DNA of 64,000 bases from Alphaproteobacteria bacterium (GCA_963665325.3 OZ224045.1:1280001-1344000), one strand, 5' to 3'; positions 1-10,771 are shown, counted from the first letter of the stretch. The notes: a model not told the origin generated them from the sequence alone. Program-made: numbers and translations.

Positions 1-681
1 ATCGCCTCGCTCATCCGCCGCCTCGACGAGATGGGCGTGGCGCGCAGCCTTTACGATGCGGTCATGTCTTCGGGCGAGTCGGCCTGGGCCGCTCTCAAGC
101 ACCGCGACGACGCCTGGCACAAGCGGCTCGGCCGGTGCTGCCTGCATGTCGGGCCGGAGCGCGACAACGATGTGCGCGAAGGCAACGGGCTGGACATCGT
201 GGCGCAGGTCGAGGAGGCCGACTTCATCCTCTGTACCGGCATCGACGGCTGGGACGAGACCGTGGAGGATTACGAGCCGCTGCTGGCGGCGGCCGCGGCG
301 CGCGCGCTCCCGATGGTCTGCGCCAATCCGGACCTCGTGGTGCATATCGGCGACAGGCTCTCGCTCTGCGCGGGCTCGCTTGCCGTTCGCTATGTCGAAC
401 TCGGCGGCGACGTTTCCTGGCACGGGAAGCCGGACGGCGCAGTGTTCGCCCGCGCGATGGCGGCTCTCGGCTGTCCCGACGAAGGGCGCGCGCTGATGAT
501 CGGCGACGGGCTCAGGACGGACGTCGCCGGCGGCAACGGCTTCGGCATCGACACGCTGTTCCTCTCGGCCGGCATCCATGCGGATGAGGTCGGCTCGCCG
601 CCCGACCCGGCGCGACTGGCGGCGCGCTCCGCCGAACTCGGCGTCCGCCCGACTTGGGCTACGGAGGCGCTTTGCTGGTAG
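1..681 (+). CDS. HAD-superfamily class IIA hydrolase (TIGR01459-like), 5' end outside window
   Basis: Frame open from base 1; motifs CANPDLVV, HGKP and MIGDGLRTDVAG (HAD motifs III/IV). Confidence 0.85.
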   Translation: MASLIRRLDEMGVARSLYDAVMSSGESAWAALKHRDDAWHKRLGRCCLHVGPERDNDVREGNGLDIVAQVEEADFILCTGIDGWDETVEDYEPLLAAAAARALPMVCANPDLVVHIGDRLSLCAGSLAVRYVELGGDVSWHGKPDGAVFARAMAALGCPDEGRALMIGDGLRTDVAGGNGFGIDTLFLSAGIHADEVGSPPDPARLAARSAELGVRPTWATEALCW

Positions 682-694
682 GAAGGCGCTTCGA

Positions 695-1486
695 ATGAGC
701 GTGAGAGTCGAAAAGGACGGCGCCGTCTGGACCGTGATCCACTCCCGGCCCGAGGCGCGCAACGCAATGGATCCGGAAAGCGCGGTGGCGCTTTACGATG
801 CTTTCCGGGCCTTCGAGGCGGATGACAGCGCGAGCGTGGCGGTGTTCTGGGGCGAGGGCGGGGCTTTCTGCGCAGGCTGGGACCTGAAGCACGCCGCCGC
901 GCTCTCCGGCGCCGAGGCCCTTGACCCGTTCGATTTTCCCGACGAGGGCGAGCCGCCCATGGCTGCGATGGGGCCGAGCCGTCTGGAGCTGTCCAAACCG
1001 GTCATCGCCGCGGTGGCGGGGCCGGCGGTGGCGGGCGGCATGGAACTGGCGCTGTGGTGCGATATCCGGGTGATGGAAGAGACCGCCTTCATGGGTGTCT
1101 ATTGCCGCCGCTGGGGCGTTCCCCTGATCGATGGCGGCACGGTGCGTCTGCCGCGCCTGGTGGGTGAGGGCCGGGCGATGGACCTGGTCCTGACCGGGCG
1201 TCGGGTGGATGCGGACGAGGCCCTTGCTACCGGCCTCTGCGAGTATGTGGTGCCCGAAGGCGAGGCCCGGGAAAAGGCCGAGGCGCTGGCCCGTGACATC
1301 GCCCGCTTCCCGCAAAGCTGCATGAAGGCCGACCGGCGGTCTGTCCGCGCGCAGCACGGGTTGAGCGAGCGTGACGCCTTGCGGCAGGAATGGCGGGGGA
1401 GCAAGGCCGAAGTCACGGGGGGCATCGAGGGCGCGGCAAGATTTGCGGGCGGAAAGGGGCGAGGGGGAGATTTCAGCGATGTGTGA
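695..1486 (+). CDS. Enoyl-CoA hydratase/isomerase (crotonase family)
   Basis: RPEARNAMD, AFCAGWDL, KPVIAAVAGPAVAGGMELALWCDIRV; ATG at 695 follows GGAAGG. Confidence 0.92.
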   Translation: MSVRVEKDGAVWTVIHSRPEARNAMDPESAVALYDAFRAFEADDSASVAVFWGEGGAFCAGWDLKHAAALSGAEALDPFDFPDEGEPPMAAMGPSRLELSKPVIAAVAGPAVAGGMELALWCDIRVMEETAFMGVYCRRWGVPLIDGGTVRLPRLVGEGRAMDLVLTGRRVDADEALATGLCEYVVPEGEAREKAEALARDIARFPQSCMKADRRSVRAQHGLSERDALRQEWRGSKAEVTGGIEGAARFAGGKGRGGDFSDV

Positions 1487-1582
1487 CCGGTAGCCCTTCA
1501 GCCCATCGGGTGTGGCTCGCCGTGCGAACGGCCGGCGGCTATCTGCTGGCCGCCGGTCGCTTCGCCCGCATGGAAGGTGGCG

Positions 1583-1954
1583 CTACTCGTCCGCGCGGAA
1601 ATTGAGCTCGATCAGGACCTCGTTCGGGTCGCGGACGAAGATCTGCCGGAGCTTGCCGCCCGGCACCAGCCGGGTCTCGTGCTCATAGCCCTTCTCGCCC
1701 AGGAAGGCGGCGTAGCGGTCGAAGCCTTCGGCTGCGAAAGCCACATGGTCGATGCAGCCGGAGCCGGAGGTTTCCTGATCGTCCACGCCGATCAGGTGGA
1801 CCACCGCTTCCGGGCCGCAATAGAGCCACGCGCCGGGAAAATCGAAATTCGGCCGGTCGCCGTTCTCGAAGCCCAGAATGTCCTCGTAGAACGCGACCGT
1901 CTCGTCGAGCTTGTCCGTCATGATGTTGACGTGCTGGAGCATGGTGAGCGTCAT
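1583..1954 (-). CDS. VOC/glyoxalase family protein
   Basis: HVNIMT...FYEDILG, IDHVAF and QIFVRDPNEVLIEL metal-binding pattern. Confidence 0.9.
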   Translation of the reverse strand: MTLTMLQHVNIMTDKLDETVAFYEDILGFENGDRPNFDFPGAWLYCGPEAVVHLIGVDDQETSGSGCIDHVAFAAEGFDRYAAFLGEKGYEHETRLVPGGKLRQIFVRDPNEVLIELNFRADE

Positions 1955-1968
1955 GGGGGCTGCCTCCT

Positions 1969-3483
1969 TCAGGCTTGGCTAGGCAGGTTGGAAGGGATGT
2001 CGGGGTCGAGAGGATAGATCGGGCGGCGCAGCTTCTTCCAGGGAAACAGGCTGTAGTCCGAGGTCGTCGTTCCCGGCCCGGCGAGCATCACGATCTCGCG
2101 CGCCATCGGCTCGAACCCGGCCCGGAAATGCTGGCGCGACTTGATGAGGACATAGCGCTTGGACGTCGGGTCGATGCCGCAATGGGTGAAGCAGCCGGTA
2201 TCGAACGGCTCGTAGCGGTCCTCGGAAACGACGACCTCGGCCGCGCCCGTGTCCAGCACGACGGTGCGTCCCAGGGACAGCCGCACGCCGGTGAACATCG
2301 GCCCGGTGACGGTAAACTCGCCGTCGGTGATCCGCCGTACCCGCCCGCGGAGGCGGAGCGGTTCGCCCTTCAGCTCCATGGCCGGCATGTCGGTCTTGCC
2401 ACCGACCTCGACCTCGACCTCGGCCCCGACGCCGGCGGCGATCAGCTCCGCCACGGCCTCCGGGTCCGCGAAGGGTCCGGCAACCATGTCCGTCAGGCCC
2501 TGCTGCAGGCATTCGCGTAAGGCGGCCATGACATCCTGGTTGCCGCCGGACCCGGTATTGTCGCCGTGATCGACCAGCAGCACGGGGCCGTCCCCGTCTT
2601 TCATCGCAGCCGCGCGGGACACCGAGTCCGCCATCGGCTCGATCTCGAACAGGAAATCGGCGCGCCGGTCCCAGGCCTCGCCCATCAGGTCGAGCGCCAG
2701 GCGTTCCGCCCTGTCCCGCGGCCCGTGCACCACGGCCGAGATGCCGACATGCTCGATATCGGCGAGGGGGAAGCAGCCGAACACCGAGGCCAGCAGGACC
2801 TCCTCGCTCTCCTCGGCGGCGCGGGCGCGGTCCATGATCGCCTGCATGGGCGGGCGCGAGGGCGAATGCACGTTCATGTGCGGCAGGAGCGGCAGCGAAT
2901 GCCAGGCGGTCGCCGGCGCCGCGCCGTTCATTGTCCCGAGCAGCGCTTCGCCGGCCCGCATGCCGGTCTCGTACATGTCGATATGCGGGTAGGTGCGGTA
3001 GCCGGCCAGCACCGTCGGCAGCAGGGCCAGGTCGCGCGTCAGGTTGGTGTGGAAGTCGAGCGCGACGGCTACCGGCAGGTCCGGCGCCTCGGCCCGGATC
3101 CGGCGCAGCAGCTCGCCCTCGCCGTCGTCGAAGCCCTCTGTCACCATCGCGCCGTGGAGGTCGAGGAAGAGCGCGTCGCAGCCTTCGCGGACCGCTTCCA
3201 GAATGGCCTCGGACACGAGGTCGAGAATGTCATCGGGCGCCGGCGCGCTCGGGTGCGCGTTCGCCGCGACCGGCACGGCGAGCGCCGCGCCCTCGCGTTC
3301 GGCGATGTCGATGAAGGCTGCGAGCGGGTTGTTGGTGCTGCGATAGACGCGCACCGCCTCTTCGCCCCGCGCCGGCCCGTCGGTCGATCCCACCCGCCCG
3401 AAGGCCGCGACGGGCGTGGGAACCGGCGAGAAGCTGTTGGTCTCATGGCGCATCAGCGCCGCAACGAAGCGTTTTCGATTCAT
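1969..3483 (-). CDS. M81 family metallopeptidase (MlrC-like)
   Basis: HETNSFSP, LDLHGAMV, DGEGELL, LDFHTN, YRTYPHID, IKSRQHFRAGF; start at MNRKRF (3483). Confidence 0.9.
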   Translation of the reverse strand: MNRKRFVAALMRHETNSFSPVPTPVAAFGRVGSTDGPARGEEAVRVYRSTNNPLAAFIDIAEREGAALAVPVAANAHPSAPAPDDILDLVSEAILEAVREGCDALFLDLHGAMVTEGFDDGEGELLRRIRAEAPDLPVAVALDFHTNLTRDLALLPTVLAGYRTYPHIDMYETGMRAGEALLGTMNGAAPATAWHSLPLLPHMNVHSPSRPPMQAIMDRARAAEESEEVLLASVFGCFPLADIEHVGISAVVHGPRDRAERLALDLMGEAWDRRADFLFEIEPMADSVSRAAAMKDGDGPVLLVDHGDNTGSGGNQDVMAALRECLQQGLTDMVAGPFADPEAVAELIAAGVGAEVEVEVGGKTDMPAMELKGEPLRLRGRVRRITDGEFTVTGPMFTGVRLSLGRTVVLDTGAAEVVVSEDRYEPFDTGCFTHCGIDPTSKRYVLIKSRQHFRAGFEPMAREIVMLAGPGTTTSDYSLFPWKKLRRPIYPLDPDIPSNLPSQA

Positions 3484-4086
3484 GGGGCGCCATTCTGTCG
3501 GAACCGGCCCGGCATGGCAAAGCGCCGGACGGCATGCACCGGACGCATATCGCGGCCCCGGGCCCGGCTTCGGACAGGTCGGAGACCGGCCAGCCCGGAA
3601 GATTGTTCTCTTTTTCAGGGAAAAATATCCCGAACAGATTGACATATGGAAATCCTGTGGCATTATGGGCCGGAGGAAGGAAGCGGCGTCCGGAGGCCGC
3701 TTTCCGCCACGCCGGAGCCGGATCAAAACCACCTGAGAAACGGACAGGAGAGGTGCGCGCTATGCCTCGCGCGCGCAATCAGGCGCGCGAACCGCGCCGG
3801 CGCCGACGCCCGCCCCCGCCCACGCGCGTTACGCGCGAAACAGGGACCCGTTTGCCGGGCGAGCCGGCGGCGGCGCAAACGCCGCCATTCGTAATGTTCG
3901 CCGCGTTCCGCGCGGCGATTGGAACAAAACGGATACGGAGAACCGATGAGCGATATGCCCACCCTTGCCGCAAGAGGCCCCGGATCGCGGTCCGGGGCGA
4001 CGAATTCCCCCAGCGTCATTCCGGCCGGAGCGCAGCGGAGAGCCGGGACCTCGTGCGGCTCAGCCGGAAACCCCTTTGCGGCGGAC

Positions 4087-4134
4087 CATGACAAAACATG
4101 ACATTTCCGAAGGGCCTCATGACAAAACATGACA
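4087..4134. repeat. Two exact 17-bp direct repeats CATGACAAAACATGACA, giving four CATGACA boxes
   Basis: Copies at 4087-4103 and 4118-4134, read directly from the sequence. Confidence 0.85.
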
Positions 4135-4140
4135 CTTCAT

Positions 4141-4445
4141 CACTAGTGTCCGGTTGAGGCGGAGGATTATTGAGAAAAGGTATTTGGTATCAGGCTGTTA
4201 TGGAAGATTTCAGGTGGTGTCGATTTTTTTTGCCGGCCCGGCGGCTGCGTCCAGGGGCATTCGGACTGTGAGTTCCGGGACATGGTTCATGCTGGTCGTT
4301 TCCTGCGGAGGAGCGGCCATGTCGGGACGAACCCTTTTTGCTCAGACGATGGATTTCCTGCCCTGGACCACATTCGAGCGGATTGTGGTCCGTTATCGGG
4401 GGAACCACCGTGTTCGGACCTTGCGGTGTGCGGAGCAGTATCGGG
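4141..4445 (+). pseudogene. IS4-family (DUF4372-type) transposase 5' remnant with left end, truncated by IS21
   Basis: End-like CACTAGTGTCCGGTT at 4141; ATG at 4319 gives MSGRTLFAQTMDFLPWTTFERIVVRYRGNHRVRTLRCAEQYR, typical of a DUF4372 N-terminus; homology stops at the IS21 boundary. Confidence 0.75.
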
Positions 4446-4555
4446 TGTTAACGGCGGCGGAATAATGCTCCACAGGAAGCGCCCGGTTGGTCGGGTCGCG
4501 GCGGCGCAAAATTGCGCCAGTGATGCCCCCTTGTCCGTTTGGTCGGGGGCGGGGG

Positions 4556-6058
4556 ATGTATGGGGTGGAGCTTTACGCAGCGGTACGACTTGCGGTTGTC
4601 GAGGAGGGTCTGAGCCATCATGAGGCCGGTCGGCGGTTCGGGATCGACCGTCGCACGGTGAAGAAGATGCTGAGCTATTCGGCGCCGCCGGGCTATCGGC
4701 GCCGGAAGCCGGTGCGTCGTCCGAAGCTGGACGGGTTCACCGGGATCGTCGATGCGATCCTGGAGGGGGACCGGGCGCCGGACGTGCCGGTCAAGCAGCG
4801 GCACACGGCGCACCGGATTTTCGAACGGCTGCGTGACGAGCACGGGTTCACGGGCGGCTACACCATCGTGAAGGACTATGTGCGCTCGCGGCGGCAGTCG
4901 TCGCGCGAGGCCTTCGTGCCGCTGCATCATCCGCCGGGCCATGCGCAGGTCGACTTCGGCGAGGCGGTGGTCGAGGTCGGCGGGCGGCGCGAGAAGGTGG
5001 CTGTCTTCTGCCTGATCCTGCCGCATAGCGACCTGTGGTTCGTGAAGGCCTATCCGAAGGAGACGACGGAGGCGTTCCTGGACGGCCATGTCAGCGCCTT
5101 CGCCTTCCTCGGCGGGGTTCCGCTTTCGGTGCTTTACGACAACACGACCCTGGCAGTGGCGCGGATCCTGGGCGACGGCACGCGTCAGCGCACGCGGGCG
5201 TTCACGCCTCTGCAGTCGCACTACCTGTTCCGCGACCGCTTCGGTCGTCCCGGCAAGGGCAACGACAAGGGCAAGGTGGAGGCGCTGGTGAAGACGGCGC
5301 GGCGCAAGTTCATGGTGCCGATCCCAAAGGTGCCCGATCTGGATGTTCTGAACGAGCGGCTTCTGGCGCGCTGCCTGGAGCGTCTCGACGCGCTGCAGCA
5401 GAGCGCGCAGGCGGCGGCGTTGCTCGCCGATCTCGACACCCTGCGCGATCTTCCGGGCGCGCCCTTCGAGGCGTGCGAGCATGTGCCGGGCCGCGTGTCC
5501 TCGACGGCGCTGGTGCGCTACCGGTCGGTGGACTACTCGGCCCCGGCGGTGCACGCCCACAAGAAGGTGACGATCAAGGGCTATGTCGACCGGGTCGAGA
5601 TCGCGCTCGGCGCCGGGATCGTCGCCCGCCACCGGCGTTCCTATGTCCGCGGCGACGTCGTTTACGACCCGCTGCACTATCTCTCGCTGCTGGAGAAGAA
5701 GCCGGGGGCGCTGGACCAGGCGGCGCCGTTGCGCGGCTGGAAGCTCGATCCAGCCTTCGACGCGTTGCGCCGCCTGCTCGAGGCGCGCTTCGGGCCGCGC
5801 GGCAAGCGGGACTACATCCAGACCCTGCGCCTGCTGGAGGACTTTCCGGAGCGCCAGGTGACGGCCGCGGTGCGGGACGCGGTGGCGCGCCGGCTGGTCG
5901 GCTTCGATGCCGTCAAGCACCTGCTGCTGGCGCGCATCGAGAAGCGTCCGGCCCATCTCGACCTGACGCGCTACCCGCACCTGCCGCAGCCCCTCGTCGC
6001 CGCCACCCGGGCCGGCGACTATGCCTCCCTGCTGGCCGGAGGGGGCAGTCGTGGCTGA
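4556..6058 (+). CDS. istA: IS21 transposase IstA
   Basis: N-terminal HTH; DDE motifs AQVDFG, LYDN and KGKVE. Confidence 0.95.
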   Translation: MYGVELYAAVRLAVVEEGLSHHEAGRRFGIDRRTVKKMLSYSAPPGYRRRKPVRRPKLDGFTGIVDAILEGDRAPDVPVKQRHTAHRIFERLRDEHGFTGGYTIVKDYVRSRRQSSREAFVPLHHPPGHAQVDFGEAVVEVGGRREKVAVFCLILPHSDLWFVKAYPKETTEAFLDGHVSAFAFLGGVPLSVLYDNTTLAVARILGDGTRQRTRAFTPLQSHYLFRDRFGRPGKGNDKGKVEALVKTARRKFMVPIPKVPDLDVLNERLLARCLERLDALQQSAQAAALLADLDTLRDLPGAPFEACEHVPGRVSSTALVRYRSVDYSAPAVHAHKKVTIKGYVDRVEIALGAGIVARHRRSYVRGDVVYDPLHYLSLLEKKPGALDQAAPLRGWKLDPAFDALRRLLEARFGPRGKRDYIQTLRLLEDFPERQVTAAVRDAVARRLVGFDAVKHLLLARIEKRPAHLDLTRYPHLPQPLVAATRAGDYASLLAGGGSRG

Positions 6059-6815
6059 GGCGCCCCGCATCCTGCTCGAACACCACCTGAAGAAGCTCAA
6101 GCTGCCGACCGTCCTGCGGGAATACGAGAAGCTGGCCCGCCAGTGCGCGGCCGAGGGGCTGGATCATGTGCAGTTCCTCGCCCGGCTGGTGGAGATGGAG
6201 ACGATCGACCGCGAGCGCCGCCTGGTCGAGCGCCGCATCCGGCAGGCCAGGTTCCCGGTCGTCAAGCAGCTCGAGAGCTTCGACTTCAAGGCCATCCCCA
6301 GCCTCAACAAGATGCTGGTGCTCGACCTCGCGCGCGGCGATTACATCGAGCGGCGCGAGAACGCGATCCTGCTCGGCCCGAGCGGTGTGGGGAAGACGCA
6401 CATCGCTCTGGCCCTCGGCCTCGCCGCCTGCCAGAAGGGCCTCGCCGTGCGCTTCACCACCGCCTCCCAGCTGGTCCACGAGATGATCGAGGCGCGCGAC
6501 GAGAAGAGGCTGCTCCGCCTCCAGGACCAGCTCGCCAGGGTCAGTCTGCTGATCGTCGACGAACTCGGATACGTGCCCCTCTCGCAGAGCGGAAGCGAGC
6601 TGCTGTTCGACATCTTCAGCCGCCGCTACGAAAACGGCGCCACAATCGTCACCTCGAACCTGCCCTTCCAGGAATGGACCTCGGTCTTCGCCAGCGAGCG
6701 GCTCACCGGCGCGCTGCTCGACCGCATCACCCACCATGTCCACATCCTGGAGATGAACGGCGAAAGCTACAGGCTCAAGCAAAGCCGGTCGCGACGACGG
6801 CCCCCCTCCGAATAA
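6051..6815 (+). CDS. istB: IS21 helper ATPase IstB
   Basis: GPSGVGKT, LLIVDELGY, ALLDRITHH; GTG start overlaps the istA stop. Confidence 0.95.
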   Translation: MAEAPRILLEHHLKKLKLPTVLREYEKLARQCAAEGLDHVQFLARLVEMETIDRERRLVERRIRQARFPVVKQLESFDFKAIPSLNKMLVLDLARGDYIERRENAILLGPSGVGKTHIALALGLAACQKGLAVRFTTASQLVHEMIEARDEKRLLRLQDQLARVSLLIVDELGYVPLSQSGSELLFDIFSRRYENGATIVTSNLPFQEWTSVFASERLTGALLDRITHHVHILEMNGESYRLKQSRSRRRPPSE

Positions 6816-7019
6816 CCCGCTTGCTCCCATAGACCACAGGTCCCTCCCACGCGCGGGTCGACGCCAGCCACATGGAGGGCGCGCCGCCCCGCGCGCGGGG
6901 CCCTCCCATGGACTATGGGGACAAGCTACCGCCAAGCCCGTGGTACATCTTTACGCCGCCCCTTTACGCCGCCCCGCCGGTACATTTTTGCTCCGCCGTT
7001 GACAGTTTCTGCACCGCGA

Positions 7020-7048
7020 TTGCGCTACGACATTTTCGCCATTATATT
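7020..7048 (+). promoter_or_regulatory. Putative sigma70 promoter of the AbiE operon
   Basis: TTGCGC-17 bp-TATATT about 30 bp upstream of ATG 7078. Confidence 0.45.
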
Positions 7049-7077
7049 TCTGACATACAAGAGTGCCAAATCGAGCC

Positions 7078-7674
7078 ATGCGCGGCCTTCCGAAACAAAT
7101 CATGGAGCATGCGTCGGCCCTGCCCGAAGCTGCACCGATCTGCCCTGGCACCCTCCTTCACCTGGGCAGGCGGGCGGCAGTGGACCAGGCGCTTGCGCGC
7201 CTCGCACGCGCCGGGCACCTCATGCGCATTTGCCAGGGGGTGTACATGCGTCCCGTCGAGACTCGTTTTGGACGATGCGCGCCCAGCATCGGCAAGGCAA
7301 TCGAGAGGCTCTCGGCCCTGTGGGGCGAGACCATTGTCCCCTGTGGCGGCTCTGCAGCGAACCGCCTGGGGCTGACCGCCCAGAATCCGGTACGGGAGGT
7401 TTACCTGACGTCCGGGCCGAACCGTCGTCTGACGTTTGGCAACACCACCGTTGAACTGCGTCATGCGCCCCGCTGGCAACTGCTGGCGCCACACCGCAAG
7501 GCCGGCGACGTCATTCGGGCCCTCGCCTGGCTCGGCCCGCAGGAGACCGACGACAGTCTGGATGCGGCTCTTCCCGGGCTTTCCCCGGAAGACATGACCG
7601 AACTGGCAGATGCCAGAGCGGTCCTGCCGGCATGGATGGCCGAGCCGGTCAGCGCCCGTCTCGTTCATGGCTGA
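7078..7674 (+). CDS. AbiEi-like antitoxin/transcriptional regulator (DUF6088-type)
   Basis: LLHLGRRAAVDQALARL...RICQGVY winged helix, AANRLGLTAQNP, YLTSG; overlaps the downstream nucleotidyltransferase gene. Confidence 0.85.
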   Translation: MRGLPKQIMEHASALPEAAPICPGTLLHLGRRAAVDQALARLARAGHLMRICQGVYMRPVETRFGRCAPSIGKAIERLSALWGETIVPCGGSAANRLGLTAQNPVREVYLTSGPNRRLTFGNTTVELRHAPRWQLLAPHRKAGDVIRALAWLGPQETDDSLDAALPGLSPEDMTELADARAVLPAWMAEPVSARLVHG

Positions 7675-8707
7675 GATGCGGTTTCAGTTCCTGCCGGCCG
7701 AGGATCGTCGCGACGCCCTGAGGGTCGCTCAGGAGAAGGGCCCGTATCGCGCTTTCCTGCTGGAAAAGGATGTCTGGGTGGTGGCGACGCTGCACGCCCT
7801 CTTCGACGCTCATTTCGGCAGGGACCTCGTGTTCAAGGGCGGGACGTCGCTCTCGAAGGCTTACGGCGCCATCCGGAGGTTTTCCGAAGATGTCGACATC
7901 ACATACGATATCCGCGCTTTCGCCCCGGATCTGGTTGCCGGTGCGGGCGAGGAGGCCCTGCCGCCGACACGCAGCCAGGAACGGCGCTGGACACGGGCGA
8001 TCCGGGCGCGCCTGGCGGAATGGGTGCGGGAAGAAGCCCGGCCGATCGTCGAGCAGAGCCTCGCGGAAGCGGGCTTCGCAGCTCGGGTCCGCGCCGAAGC
8101 GGAGGAACTCTACGTCTCCTACGATCCCCTGTTCGAGGATTACGCCTTCGTCCGTCCGGAAGTGAAGGTCGAGTTCGGCGCACGCTCGACCGGCGAGCCC
8201 AGAGCAGTCCGGAGCGTCTCTTGCGATGCGGCCGGCTTGCTGCCAGAGCTTCAGTTTCCGGAGGCCGGTCCGTCGGTCATGCTGGCGGAGAGAACCTTCT
8301 GGGAAAAGGCCACCGCCGTCCATGTCTATTGCCGCCGGGAGCGTCGGCGCGGCGCGCGCCTGTCGCGGCACTGGCACGATCTGGCGAGACTGGATGACGC
8401 CGGCGTGGCGGACCGGGCACTGGCCGACCGCGCCCTTGCGTTGTCGGTCGCGCGTCACAAGGCGGTGTTCTTTGCGGAGAAGGACGCCGCGGGCGACTGG
8501 ATCGACTACAAGGCAGCCGTTTCAGGCGGACTGCAACTGGTCCCGACAGGATCGGCGCTCGAAGTGCTGGCCGACGACTACGCCAGGATGGTCGCCGACG
8601 GCATGCTGCTCGGCACGGACGAATCCTTCGAACGCCTGATCGCGCAGTGTGCCGGCATCGCGGCGAGAGCAAACAAGCCCGGAGACGACAACGGAGGCGT
8701 CTCCTGA
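7667..8707 (+). CDS. AbiEii/AbiGii nucleotidyltransferase toxin (type IV TA)
   Basis: LEKDVWV, FKGGTSLSK, RFSEDVD, RTFWEK, SRHWHD. Confidence 0.92.
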   Translation: MAEMRFQFLPAEDRRDALRVAQEKGPYRAFLLEKDVWVVATLHALFDAHFGRDLVFKGGTSLSKAYGAIRRFSEDVDITYDIRAFAPDLVAGAGEEALPPTRSQERRWTRAIRARLAEWVREEARPIVEQSLAEAGFAARVRAEAEELYVSYDPLFEDYAFVRPEVKVEFGARSTGEPRAVRSVSCDAAGLLPELQFPEAGPSVMLAERTFWEKATAVHVYCRRERRRGARLSRHWHDLARLDDAGVADRALADRALALSVARHKAVFFAEKDAAGDWIDYKAAVSGGLQLVPTGSALEVLADDYARMVADGMLLGTDESFERLIAQCAGIAARANKPGDDNGGVS

Positions 8708-9302
8708 ACCGGAACCGCCAGCCTGTCGGTTGTCGGACATGATCCGAACCCGCCGATCGTCGTGATCCGGGGCCCTCTTCCCGGTTCGTTGGCAGGCTTT
8801 CGTCACCCATCGGCTTCCGAGATCGGTTCCGGATGGACAAGCTGATGAGAGATCGCAGTCAGTCGTTCGGCGCGGGCGGATCGGCCAATGCCCCGAGGTC
8901 TCCCGCCTCGTCGATCAAGCAGACTTTCATCCAGGCCCGAGAGTGGCTATGGCCACCGGATGGTGGCCATAGGGTGTAAAAGTACCGCGCCGACGAGGCC
9001 TACGGTCAACCATTGCCCCTTGAATGCGCCACTGCACGCTCGGCGACTTGCGAGCGGTCCTCGCCGAGTTCGGGGAAGTGACAGATCGCGACGTGATCGT
9101 CACCGGTGTCAATCGGCGGGGGTCGATGTCGCACGCACACGGCTGGCAGCCGTTCACCCTGACTCTCCACGGTTTCGACGTCCGGGTTGTTGTTAAGCGT
9201 GGAAGATTGACCCCCTGTTGGGGGTTATCGGCGTCCAAAATTGACCCCCCATGGATTGTGTCCATGAACACGCCCTGTCGTTGGACGGACGGGGTGGGGG
9301 AG

Positions 9303-10624
9303 ATGCTGGTTGTGGAGACGATAGCGCGGATCCGTCGGGATCATCTGGTGAAGGGCGTTCCGATCAAGAAGCTGGCGCGGGATTTGAGGGTTTCGAAGAA
9401 CACGATACGCAAGGTGGTTCGGGGCGATACGACCTCGCACAGCTATGAGCGCAAGATCCAGCCGATGCCGAAGCTTGGGCCTTGGGTGGCAGAGCTTGAG
9501 CGCCAGCTGGAGGCCAACGAGAAGAAGAAGCGCCGGGATCGCCTGTCCCTGCTGCAGATCCATGAGGACCTTGGCGAGCTGGGCTACAAGGGCGGCTATG
9601 ACGCGGTCCGGCGCTACGCCAGGGCGTGGCGGCGCCGACGCCGTCTGTTATCGCCGTCGCAGGCCTATGTGCCGCTGATCTTCGATCCGGGCGAGGCCTA
9701 CCAGTTCGACTGGAGCCACGAGTATGCGCGTCTGGCGGGAGCGACGACCAAGGTGAAGGCGGCGCACATGCGGCTGTGCCACAGCCGCATGTATCTGGTG
9801 CAGATCTTTCCCCGCGAGAGCCAGGAGATGGTCTTTGAGGCGCACGAGCGTGCCTTCCGCTTCTTCGGCGGGGTCTGCCGACGGGGCATCTACGACAACA
9901 TGAAGACGGCGGTGAACACGATCTTCGTCGGCAAGGAGCGTGCCTACAACCGCCGCTTCCAGGAGATGTGCTCGCACCATCTGGTGGAGCCAGTGGCGTG
10001 CACGCCAGGGGCGGGCTGGGAGAAGGGGCAGGTTGAGAAGCAGGTGGGAGACCTTCGCGGGCGTCTGTTCGCGCGCAGCCCGCGGGGCCGCTCCTACACC
10101 GAGATCAACGAGTGGCTGATGGATCGGTGCATCGAGGAGGCCAGGAAGCAGCCGCATCCGACGATCGAGGGCAAGACGGTGTGGCAGGTATTCGAGGAGG
10201 AGCGGCCCTTCCTGATGGCATACCGCGGTCCCTTCGACGGCTTCCATGCCAGCGAGGTGTCAGTCTCGAAGACCTGCCTGGTGCGCTTCGACAACAACCA
10301 GTACAGCGTCTCTGCCCGCGCGGTGGGACGGCCGGTGGACGTGCGGGCCTATGCCGAGCGGATCGTCATCCGCCAGGACGGCGAGATCGTCGCCGAGCAT
10401 CCCCGGAGCTTCGGGCGCGGTCGGTTCGTCTACGATCCGTGGCATTACGTGCCGATCCTGACGAGGAAGCCCGGCGCACTGAGGAACGGCGCACCCTTCA
10501 AGGACTGGCAGTTGCCCAACGCGCTGGGCCGCCTGCGAACCCGGCTCGCCGGCCACGACGACGGCGACCGGCAGTTCGTCAAGATCCTCGCGGCGGTGCT
10601 GGAGGACGGGCTGGAGGCGGTCGA
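9303..10624 (+). pseudogene. istA: IstA of element B, 5' part (interrupted)
   Basis: MLVVETIARIRR, AYQFDWS, IYDNMKTAV, WEKGQVE; homology breaks after LEDGLEAV at TCGA. Confidence 0.9.
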
Positions 10625-10771
10625 TGAGCGGGCGCAGGCTTTCAGCGGCGATCAGGGGCTGATCGGCTCGGATTAATCGAGGTTTTGGATTGGGTGCCCC
10701 CCGGCGATCTTGCAAGAAGGCCGCCGGAGGGCTTGTCTCGGTGACAGTGACATCAACCTGAGACGGCCCCA

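Larger units (their letters stand above)
4446..7004 (+). mobile_element. IS21-family insertion sequence, copy A1 (2559 bp)
   Basis: Ends TGTTAACGGCGG...CTCCGCCGTTGACA; istA-istB pair; essentially identical copy at 17062-19607. Confidence 0.95.

Noticed and set aside
6999-7030. Hybrid promoter from the outward TTGACA of the IS21 right end (also at 19602)
   Set aside because: No acceptable -10 hexamer lies 16-18 bp downstream in either copy.
9107-9120. TGTCAATCGGC as the left end of IS21-B
   Set aside because: It matches 11 bp of the right IR but lacks the TGACCCCC box at +20 that the 9188 end and the right end share.
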